The notes under the pieces were generated by a model. It ran no database searches, was not told the origin of the DNA, and saw only the letters and a program-made list of their open reading frames with translations. Positions 32,801 through 40,652 of a DNA stretch of 64,000 nucleotides are shown here, piece after piece. A program made the position numbers and the translations under genes. Source of the DNA: an uncultured bacterium (GTDB lineage Bacteria > Armatimonadota > Abditibacteriia > Abditibacteriales > Abditibacteriaceae); contig CAWJLW010000006.1 in NCBI GenBank assembly GCA_963843795.1, positions 620,001 through 684,000 on the forward strand, given 5' to 3'. Numbering within the stretch: position 1 is the stretch's first letter; each line of letters starts with the position of its first letter.

Positions 32801-34723
32801 ACCACCGGCACACCGGTGGCCGGACGCGGCTATGTCACGCCCAACGATCTGGGTGATGCCGATGCGGGCGCCAATGGTCTGCTCAATTTTCCCGTTATCG
32901 AAAGCGCGATACTCGACACTGCGAATGGCGTGGTCGTCATCAAAGGCTGGGCGAGACCTGGCGCGACGGTCGAGTTCTTCGTGGCCGCGCCCGATGCGTC
33001 TGGCTTTGGCGAAGGCCAAACTTTTCTGCAAACCCGCGTTGAAGGCTCCGCGCAAGACGCCGACGCCACCACAAGTACTTATGTCGGCAGTGGTCTGACA
33101 CCGCCGCAGCCCAATGTCGGGACGGATAACACCAACCGCTTTGAATTCCGCGTTCCGATTGGTACTTTGAGTTTAGGCTCGATTCTCACTTCGACCGCGA
33201 CTTTGGCCAACAACACTTCGGAGTTTTCCAATAATGCCACCGTCGCCAATCCCACCGCTCCCGGCGCGCGCATTTCGGGCACGGTTTATCTCGATGCCAA
33301 CGCCAATGCCAACCGTGACTCTGGCGAGCAGGGCACGGGCGAAACCGGCTTGTTCGTCAAAGCCGTGCCGCTGGATACAGCGGGCAACCCAACCGGCCCC
33401 GCCGTCGCTGCGGTCGCTGTTGATCCTGCGACTGGCAGTTATGTTTTCACCAGTTTGAACGCAGGTCGTTATCGTCTGGTTTTAGACGACAACAGCACGC
33501 TCACCGATGTGACCCCACTTAATCCCAGCACGCGCGGTTACATCGGCACCGAAGCCGCGCTGGGCACGCGCGAGGCAACAATCACCGCCGCGCCCAATCA
33601 AGCGCCCGAAAACGGCGCGCAGAACTTTGGCCTGTTCCGCGGCTCGCGCGTGACCGGCACAGTTTTCAACGACAACGGCTTAGGTGGCGGCATCAGCAGC
33701 GATGGTGTCAGGCAGGCTGGCGAAAAAGGCATCGCAGGCGTAACGATCAATGCGCAGAACGCTGCCAACGCAGTTGTCGCCACGACGCAAACCGACGCCG
33801 ATGGCAACTACGTTTTGTTCGTGCCCGCTGGCCCGATTCGCATCGCCGAAATCAACGCGCCCACTTTTCTTTCCACCGGCGCGACTATCGGCAACAGCAG
33901 CGGTACTTACACGCGCAGTAGCGATAGCATCGTCTTCACTGCAACTGCGGGCACATCCTACGCGGCCTTGAATTTCGGCGATATTCAAAACGCGACTTTC
34001 ACCAATGACAACGTGCAAGTACTTGCACCGGGCGCTTCGACCTTTTTTCCGCACGTTTTCACCGCTTACTCGCCCGGCACCGTGGCTTTCGCCACGAACG
34101 GCACATCGGCCCCAACGGGCTTGAATTTCACGCGCGTCATTTTGCGCGATACCAACGGCAACGGCGTTCTCGATGGCACCGAAAGCAACGGCGCGCCCGT
34201 CACTTCAATCACGATTACTCAAGCCGATATCGACGCGGGCGGCGGCAGCGCACAGATTTCCTTGCTGATTCAAGAATTCGCGCCCGCTAATGCCGCTCCC
34301 GGCGCGCAAGACACCGTCGGAATTCGCGCGACTTACGACCCGACCGAAAACGGCGGCATTGCACCTCTTACCAATGTCGTCATTACGCGCCAGGACATCG
34401 CCAAAGTGCAGCAAAACGGTGATTTGCAATTGTTCAAAACCGTCGATCTCGCGACCGCGCGCCCCGGCGATAACGTCGTCTACACGATTCGCTTCCGTAA
34501 CACCGGCACCAACCCGCTCACCCAATTAGTCGTCGCCGACAAAGTGCCCGCGTTCACCACTTATCAAAGCCAAAGCGTCGGTCCGCTGCCCGCTGGTCTC
34601 ACCGCACCGACTTTCACCGCACCCGCCACGCCTCAAAGCGGCGTCTTCCAATGGACATTCGGCGGCGCTCTCAATCCTGGCGCAGAAGGCACCGTTTCGT
34701 TCACCGTCCGCGTCAATAATTGA
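29849..34723 (+). CDS. Large secreted adhesin-like protein: propeller-like N-terminus, SdrD-like domains, right-handed beta-helix, terminal DUF11
   Basis: Signal peptide (AHA|QF); 'INGRVFEDVNYGGGAG', 'VNTNNLGQGSLRQFI', parallel beta-helix Asn repeats, C-terminal 'FKTVD..PGDNVVYTIRFRN..ADKVP..SFTVRVNN*'. Confidence 0.88.
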   Translation: MTETISSILSRRAFALWFLLCCVLASALASARPAHAQFPDDGKFYQVRQVAITGGNASQLYVLNRNTTTYSATAVGATTTAGTVLNALAFNNSDRGIYAIELGTNNLYRYSLLGPTLVGSIPNLPSQTYNSGAIDNGGGRRNYYVAVLTTSTIYRINNIDLATAGVGGAVTGTTVDTIPLSLQINTGDFAVSPVDSKLYAISAQSNPPVLSIIDVNSAAATKPVTQLNISGVPTTASTIGSVFFDIAGNLYAYSNNGFYYNINLTTGAATQLSTAPTTSQSDGASNAYFRIPFTLTKSVSSIVRPNPTTYDISFSVFLRNDAATSAATNVQITENLDRAFTSGNPTLSILNAPTNTAGTALPTNAAFTGRQAGDTRLLVGNGTLGAGQSTTVSFTVRAVYPNLASVPQQQSNTVYASSTSTVNPQGYNAGFTFPNDTPIPPPDLIGFEISPPAPINFRSINGRVFEDVNYGGGAGRAFAAATGAAGVPAGTRVELYTVSGTTATFAAATTTAADGTYAFNNRDAGDYLVRIPNAGVVSTRPVTTATGTPLAVQTFRVNNGVADGAQVGGNAPTQTDATNGGAGTTINTTTGAISGGGVSGTVAQTIGRLTLGNADAGNLDFGFNFDTIVNTNNLGQGSLRQFIVNSNRLANAGLAQVGQTAGVESTIFMVPAAQLTSGVARITVTTTNLPAITDTFTSINGATQTAGIGNTNTAILGTGGTVGIDALTLSTVQGPEVEIVDGDGRSIGLTVAANDATVRGLAIYGFGNTANDDANANILIGDFLRALVENSIVGSPAPTFSDPGAAARSGGDNIRSVGGDNGTIRNNLIGFSAGKGVGLENGSTGWSVTNNEVRGNAIGNPSLDGIDIENAGSGNATVSGNLFINNGGVGIDGYQGGGGNSIVNNTVNGNGRGLGTVPETAGVRLYSSNNTVDRNIIFDNGGAGIMVTDGGQNNLITRNSIYANGSRTSPEQIGIDLLETGQDVTTGTPVAGRGYVTPNDLGDADAGANGLLNFPVIESAILDTANGVVVIKGWARPGATVEFFVAAPDASGFGEGQTFLQTRVEGSAQDADATTSTYVGSGLTPPQPNVGTDNTNRFEFRVPIGTLSLGSILTSTATLANNTSEFSNNATVANPTAPGARISGTVYLDANANANRDSGEQGTGETGLFVKAVPLDTAGNPTGPAVAAVAVDPATGSYVFTSLNAGRYRLVLDDNSTLTDVTPLNPSTRGYIGTEAALGTREATITAAPNQAPENGAQNFGLFRGSRVTGTVFNDNGLGGGISSDGVRQAGEKGIAGVTINAQNAANAVVATTQTDADGNYVLFVPAGPIRIAEINAPTFLSTGATIGNSSGTYTRSSDSIVFTATAGTSYAALNFGDIQNATFTNDNVQVLAPGASTFFPHVFTAYSPGTVAFATNGTSAPTGLNFTRVILRDTNGNGVLDGTESNGAPVTSITITQADIDAGGGSAQISLLIQEFAPANAAPGAQDTVGIRATYDPTENGGIAPLTNVVITRQDIAKVQQNGDLQLFKTVDLATARPGDNVVYTIRFRNTGTNPLTQLVVADKVPAFTTYQSQSVGPLPAGLTAPTFTAPATPQSGVFQWTFGGALNPGAEGTVSFTVRVNN

Positions 34724-34737
34724 TTCGACCAAACATG

Positions 34738-34769
34738 AAAGCGCTCTGCAAGTACTTGCAGAGCGCTTT
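34738..34769. terminator. Bidirectional terminator centred on GCAAGTACTTGC
   Basis: AAAGCGCTCTGCAAGT|ACTTGCAGAGCGCTTT between convergent genes. Confidence 0.78.
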
Positions 34770-34839
34770 TTGTGTTCAACGTCGAAAGTTTATTTAGATT
34801 GACTCAAAAATGAGAATTGACTTGTTTGAAATCTTCCCT

Positions 34840-35703
34840 TTAAAGAGTCTTGTACCATTCAGCATCAACGCTGACGTCTTCGACGACTTGCGTTGTAATT
34901 CCAAGACCTAATTCTTTTAATTTTTCAGCAAGCTGATCGCCATCCACCAGATCAATAGGTGGAGCGCCGTCGCGGATTGCCTCTTTTACAGCATCCCGCG
35001 TAAATGTGCCAGTTGTGACAAACAATCCTTTATCTGCACGACCAACCATTGCGCCACGAAAATCGCGTATATCGCTTGCTCTCACAGAACCTTGATATTT
35101 TTTGCACTGAAAAATTACATGGAAGCTTAGTAGACCATTGATACGAGCGATGCCTTTGCCATCAATGCCGCCGTCACCACTTCTACCCGTAACCTCGACT
35201 TGAACAAAACCTGATTCGCGCAACAGCCTTTTTACAAGCCGTTCAAATGCAGAAGGATCAATTTCTTGAGTCAAAATATGATGAAGTTGCTCTCTCCAAG
35301 TGCGCGATTCTTCAGGTAGTTCTTCGTCATTAGCACTATTACTTTTTTCTGATGTGCGATTGGGACGCGCTTTCTTATTCATTTCGCGTACGGCGCGAAC
35401 CACTTCGCGGTAATCGACTTTTTCTATATGGCGTTTGTCTGGAACGATTGCCCACACACCGCGACTGGAGTTTTCTAAAACACCATATTTCTTTAGATAG
35501 GTGCGTGCCCATGCAAGCCGATACTCAACTTCGGTCTGATTACTGTTATCTGGGTTATGAGAAATGCTCAAGACTTCTTCGGAGAATTTCAAATTTTCCG
35601 TGACTTTTTCGTAAATTTCTTCGATTGAGCCAGAGCCACCAAGCTGCTTTAGCGCTTGAAACAGAGGATTTATAAGAAGATCATATTGCGGAACTTGATT
35701 CAT
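34840..35703 (-). CDS. mrr: Mrr-type (type IV, modification-dependent) restriction endonuclease
   Basis: Mrr N-terminal 'YRLAWARTYLKK.G.LENSSRGVW'; catalytic 'FERLV..TGRSGDGGIDG..QCKKY..IRDFRG..GLFVTTGTFT..IDLVDG'; visibly more AT-rich than its neighbours. Confidence 0.9.
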   Translation of the reverse strand: MNQVPQYDLLINPLFQALKQLGGSGSIEEIYEKVTENLKFSEEVLSISHNPDNSNQTEVEYRLAWARTYLKKYGVLENSSRGVWAIVPDKRHIEKVDYREVVRAVREMNKKARPNRTSEKSNSANDEELPEESRTWREQLHHILTQEIDPSAFERLVKRLLRESGFVQVEVTGRSGDGGIDGKGIARINGLLSFHVIFQCKKYQGSVRASDIRDFRGAMVGRADKGLFVTTGTFTRDAVKEAIRDGAPPIDLVDGDQLAEKLKELGLGITTQVVEDVSVDAEWYKTL

Positions 35704-35874
35704 TTGATGTATTTTGCCCCATATCAACCGAGCAGTCGAGTAAGAGTTGAATTGGGTAGGCGGTGAAAGAATCGTGTGTCATTGGGGTGTTTATCTATTC
35801 TGCAAGTACTTGCAGAAGTGTTCTGACACCTGAGTGCGTTGTGAGGGGCGTGCGAAAAACTTAAACTGGCGCTC

Positions 35875-36567
35875 ATGCGGTGGTTGGAGTTTTTGGGGAT
35901 TGGTGGGCGGCGCAAGACGCCTTTTAATAATGTCGATGCGAGCGGGAATTTGACCGCTGGCCGTGTCACTGATCATTTGCTGCTGGGTGGCGAGCTTGGT
36001 CCGCACGACTGGCCCGCGCTGCGCGACGCTGGCGTCACGGCGATTGTGAATTTGCAGGAAGAACAGCAGGATTCTTTCGCGCACGACGAAAAAATCGACG
36101 CCTATTTGTGGTTGCCCGCGCCCGATGGACGCGCCATGACGCTCAAGCAATTGGCGCAAGGCGTGACGTTTCTGCGCGCGGCTATCGGCAGCGGTCAGCG
36201 CGTTTTCGTGCATTGCAAAGCCGGTCAAGGGCGCGCGCCGCTTTTGTGCGCGTGCTACCTCATCGCCGAAGGTTACAGCGCTTTGGATGCTTCGCGTATC
36301 GTGGCGCAATCGCGGCCCGCGACGCAGCTCACGGCGGAGCAAAGCGCCCGTTTGCGCGAATTCGCCGATCATTTCGGTGCCAAAACCGATGAAACCGAAG
36401 CTCCTCTGAAACCAACTTCCACACAGGCCACGCGCCGCGCGATTAATGCGCGCAAAGCGGCTGGCGAAATCGAAAATGGCGTGGGCGAAAGCGCGTCGGC
36501 ATTGCAATCGCCCGTCGCCAAGCTCAGCGCCGCCACGCGAACGCCTTCATCCAAACGCCGACGTTAG
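35875..36567 (+). CDS. Dual-specificity protein phosphatase
   Basis: VFVHCKAGQGRA (HCX5R) P-loop. Confidence 0.88.
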   Translation: MRWLEFLGIGGRRKTPFNNVDASGNLTAGRVTDHLLLGGELGPHDWPALRDAGVTAIVNLQEEQQDSFAHDEKIDAYLWLPAPDGRAMTLKQLAQGVTFLRAAIGSGQRVFVHCKAGQGRAPLLCACYLIAEGYSALDASRIVAQSRPATQLTAEQSARLREFADHFGAKTDETEAPLKPTSTQATRRAINARKAAGEIENGVGESASALQSPVAKLSAATRTPSSKRRR

Positions 36568-36618
36568 GATGAAAGCGTTCGGTTTTGGCGCGCCAAATCA
36601 CCAATTTTTAAAATTTTT

Positions 36619-38576
36619 ATGAATTCTTCTCACACTCCGCGTCCCGTGATGCTTTTGATTCTCGATGGCTGGGGCCTGGCCGATGCCGGGCCGGGCAACG
36701 CCGTCACGACCGGCAATACGCCCAATTTCGACCGCTTATGGAACGAACGTCCGCACACCAAGCTTTCGGCTTCGGGCGGCGATGTCGGCTTGCAAAATGG
36801 CGTGATGGGCAACTCGGAAGTCGGCCATCTTAACATCGGCGCCGGTCGCATCGTGTGGCAAGATTCGCTGCTTATCGACCAAACCATCAACGATGGCTCG
36901 TTCTTTGAAAACGAAAATTTGCTCAAAGCCATCGAACACGCCAAAGCGCACAATGCGCGTTTGCACCTGATGGGCTTGATGTCCAATGGCAGCGTGCATT
37001 CGAGCGAAACTCATTATCTGGCCTTGATTCGTTTGGCCGCGATGCACGGTTTGCGCGGCGACCAGTTGTGTTTCCACGCTTTTACTGATGGCCGCGATAC
37101 CGCGCCGCATGGCGGCAAAGATTTCATGGCGCGCGTGCTGCGCGAAATGGCGCTGTTCGGCTGCGGCGCGGTCGCGAGCGTGGTCGGGCGTTACTGGGCG
37201 ATGGACCGCGATAAGCGCTGGTCGCGCGTGCGTCAGGCGTATGAATGTTTGACAGAGGGCAAGGGCCACGTCGCGCCCGACGCGATTACCGCGATTACCG
37301 ATGCCTACGAACGCGGCGAAACCGACGAATTTATCGGCGCGACCGTCGTTTGCGATCCTGAAGGCAAGCCGCGCCCGCGCATCGCAGATAACGACGCGGT
37401 GATTTTCTTCAACTATCGTTCGGATCGTGGCCGCGAACTTTCGCAGTTGTTTCTGGACGACGATTTCGATCAGGATTTGCCCGACGTTGCGACTTTGGAC
37501 GACGAAGAACGCGAACGCGCGCGCTTCCAACGCGAAGTGCGTCCCAAAACGTTTTTCGTGACGATGACGCGCTACGATGCCGAAATGACGTGTCCAATTG
37601 CTTTCGAGCCGCGCGTGCAGCGCGACGGTTTGGGCGAAACGCTGGCCAAGCATCACAAAACGCAATTCGCATGGCCGAAACCGAAAAATATCCGCACGTC
37701 ACGTATTTCTTTTCCGGCGGCATCGAAACGCCGTGGGAAGGTGAAGAGCGCATTATGGCCGCGTCGCCGCAAGTCGCGACCTACGATTTGCAGCCCGAAA
37801 TGAGCGCGGGCGAACTGATGGACAAAGCGGTCGAAAGCATCAAATCCGAGAAATTCGATTTCATTGTTTTGAACTTCGCCAATCCCGATATGGTCGGCCA
37901 CACCGGCGTGATGGAAGCAGCGGTTAAAGCCGTCGAAACCGTCGATGTCGGCTTGGGGCGCATTGCCAATGCGCTGGATGAAGTCGGCGGCGCCGCGGTT
38001 GTCATCGCCGATCACGGCAACTGCGAACAAATGATCGACCCGAAAACCGGCGGCCCGCACACCGCGCACACTACGAATCTCGTTCCGTGCATTTTGCTCG
38101 GCAAAGGCTTGGAAAACGAAACTATGCGTGATGGCGGACGCCTGGCCGATGTCGCGCCCACGTTGTTGAACTTGCTGAATCTGCCGCAACCCGACGCGAT
38201 GACCGGAATTAGCTTGCTCGGTGCCGCGCCCGATCAAGTCGATAGTTTCGAAGCCAGCGAAAACGACGACATGGCGCACATCACCGGCGAACTGATGACG
38301 AAGTTGCAAGCGCTGCAAAAGTTATATGTGCTGCTCGGAACGCACGCTGCGGGCGAGGGTACTGCAAGCGAACACGGTGCGCAGTGGAAAACCAACGCTG
38401 AACAATTGAAAAATCAATCCGAGAATCTCAGCGCGCGCGCTGCCCAGAACTTATCAATCGCCAACGATTCGAGCGCCGATGACAGCGCGCTTTCGCTGCC
38501 CGAACTTGTCGGCGCAACCCGGCAGTTGGAAAGCGAACTGCAAGAATTCGCGAGCACTACACGAAGCTTTGAGTGA
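36619..38576 (+). CDS. gpmI: 2,3-bisphosphoglycerate-independent phosphoglycerate mutase, frameshift near 37667, with C-terminal extension
   Basis: [28 protein letters not shown]; second frame [42 protein letters not shown]. Confidence 0.9.
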
Positions 38577-38737
38577 AGAACTGTCAACCTCCCAAGCGCG
38601 CGTCGAAACTTTGCCCTCGTAGCGTTTGTAAATCACGGCGAAACTGCAGCACCGGCTTTTGCAAGTTTTTCTGTGCTGAAAGCCGCGAAGTATTCTAAAA
38701 AATATTCTCCGAAAAACTGAGACAGGAAATTGAATTT

Positions 38738-40036
38738 ATGGCTACTTTTGTGCCCTTTGCTGGTTTGCGTTTCGATCCCGAAAAAGTCGATTTATCGACG
38801 GCGTTGTGTCCGCCTTACGATGTGATTAAAGGCGCGGCGCGCGACGAACTGATTGCGCGCGATGCCAACAATATCGTGCAAGTCGAACTCGCCGCGCCCT
38901 ACGGTCAGGACGCGACCGAAGCGCAATACAAAGCCAGCGCCAACTTGCTGCAACAGTGGCAGGACGAGGGCGTTTTGGTGCGCGATTCTCCGGCGTTTTA
39001 TTTATACGAACAGGAATTTACCGTTCCCGGCACCGACATCAAAAAGCAGCGACGCGGCGTTTTGGGCGCGCTTTTACTGACTGAATTTGGCGAAGGCGTG
39101 CAGCCGCACGAGCACACGCTCAGCGGCCCCAAAGCCGACCGTTTGAACCTGCTGCGCGCCACGCGCACCAACACCAGCCCGATTTTCGGTTTGTATTCCG
39201 ATACGCAAGGCTGGATTGAAGGTTTGCTCAACGATGTCGCGTTCGATGCGCCGGTCTGTGAAACCACCGATCACGAAGGCATCACGCATCGCTTGTGGAA
39301 AATTCAGGACGACGAAACCGTTAACGCTATCAACGCTTCGATTTCGGATGAAGATATTCTAATCGCCGATGGTCATCATCGTTACGAAACCGCTTTGAAT
39401 TATCGCAACGAACAGCGCGAAAAAACCTTGGCCAGTGGACAGGAGTGGACAGGCGGCGAAGGCGAAAATTACGTCTTGATGATGTGCGTTTCAACTTCTG
39501 ATGATGGCCTTGTCGTGCTACCCACACATCGCATCGCCAAAGCGGACACCACAACTTTAGTGGACGATTTGAAGCAGTATTTCGAAGTGACGCCAATTTC
39601 GGACGATGTGGATGCGCTAATGACGCAAGTCGATGATAAAGAATTTATTTCGCGTCCGGGCCGCTTCGGTTTGTGCTTGGGTGGCAAGCATTATCTGCTG
39701 CAATTAAAAGAGGGCGACGCGCATCAAAGCGCGATGGACGCCAGCAAAAGCGCGGCATATCGCGATTTGGATGTGTCGATTTTGCACACTTTGATTTTGG
39801 ATCAAATGCTGGGAATTGATGAAGAAAAGTTGGCTGCTGGTGGTCACATCGCGTACACGATTGATGCCAAAGAAGCGGGCGAAAAAACGCGCGACAGTGG
39901 CGCGGCGTTTTTGATGCGCCCGACGCTGGTCGAGCAGGTTCAGTCGGTTGCGAATGCGGGCGATAAAATGCCCCAGAAATCAACTTATTTTTATCCCAAG
40001 CTCATTACGGGTCTGGTGCTGCGCCCTCTGCATTGA
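38738..40036 (+). CDS. DUF1015 family protein
   Basis: PPYDVI, PHEHT..PKADRL, IADGHHRYETA, MPQKSTYFYPKL. Confidence 0.9.
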   Translation: MATFVPFAGLRFDPEKVDLSTALCPPYDVIKGAARDELIARDANNIVQVELAAPYGQDATEAQYKASANLLQQWQDEGVLVRDSPAFYLYEQEFTVPGTDIKKQRRGVLGALLLTEFGEGVQPHEHTLSGPKADRLNLLRATRTNTSPIFGLYSDTQGWIEGLLNDVAFDAPVCETTDHEGITHRLWKIQDDETVNAINASISDEDILIADGHHRYETALNYRNEQREKTLASGQEWTGGEGENYVLMMCVSTSDDGLVVLPTHRIAKADTTTLVDDLKQYFEVTPISDDVDALMTQVDDKEFISRPGRFGLCLGGKHYLLQLKEGDAHQSAMDASKSAAYRDLDVSILHTLILDQMLGIDEEKLAAGGHIAYTIDAKEAGEKTRDSGAAFLMRPTLVEQVQSVANAGDKMPQKSTYFYPKLITGLVLRPLH

Positions 40037-40069
40037 GAAATTTGACGTTGTGGAATTTAAGAAACGGGG

Positions 40070-40101
40070 AAAACCTTCTGCAAGTACTTGCAGAAGGTTT
40101 T
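40070..40101 (+). terminator. Terminator centred on GCAAGTACTTGC
   Basis: AAAACCTTCTGCAAGT|ACTTGCAGAAGGTTTT. Confidence 0.7.
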
Positions 40102-40120
40102 TCTGGCTTTGGAATTAGAA

Positions 40121-40528
40121 ATGTCAAAACAATGGTTGCGTATCGGCGTGGGAATTATTTGGTGCGATGGGCGCATTTTGATCGCCCGACGTTTGGACTC
40201 GGCCAGCCATGCGGCGGGCAAATGCGAATTTCCCGGCGGCAAATGCGAGCCAAACGAAAGTTTCGCCGAATGCGCGGTGCGTGAAATTTTGGAAGAAACT
40301 GACCTGCAAGTACTTGCAGGCGCGCCGTATGACATTATCGAATGGCACTACGATGAACGCAGCGTACAAATAGGCGCTTTCGATTGTGAAATTGTTGCGG
40401 GAACGGCGCGCGCCTTGGAAAGCGCGGCGATTATCTGGCAAGCACCACACGAATTAGAAACGACAAATTTCCCCGCTGCCAACGAAAATCTAATCGCGCA
40501 GATCCGAGAACGTCATAAAATTGATTGA
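40121..40528 (+). CDS. MutT-like NUDIX hydrolase
   Basis: EFPGGKCEPNESFAECAVREILEET Nudix box; FPAAN. Confidence 0.88.
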   Translation: MSKQWLRIGVGIIWCDGRILIARRLDSASHAAGKCEFPGGKCEPNESFAECAVREILEETDLQVLAGAPYDIIEWHYDERSVQIGAFDCEIVAGTARALESAAIIWQAPHELETTNFPAANENLIAQIRERHKID

Positions 40529-40652
40529 GATCTGATCGGAATATGTCAGAAACATAGCTCAGGTGAGGTATAAAACACGAGGCTCGTTGATTAGTGGCAT
40601 GAATATAGGCCGCTGAGCGAGGCAAAAATCAACTCTGAGTAAGGAAAACCGA

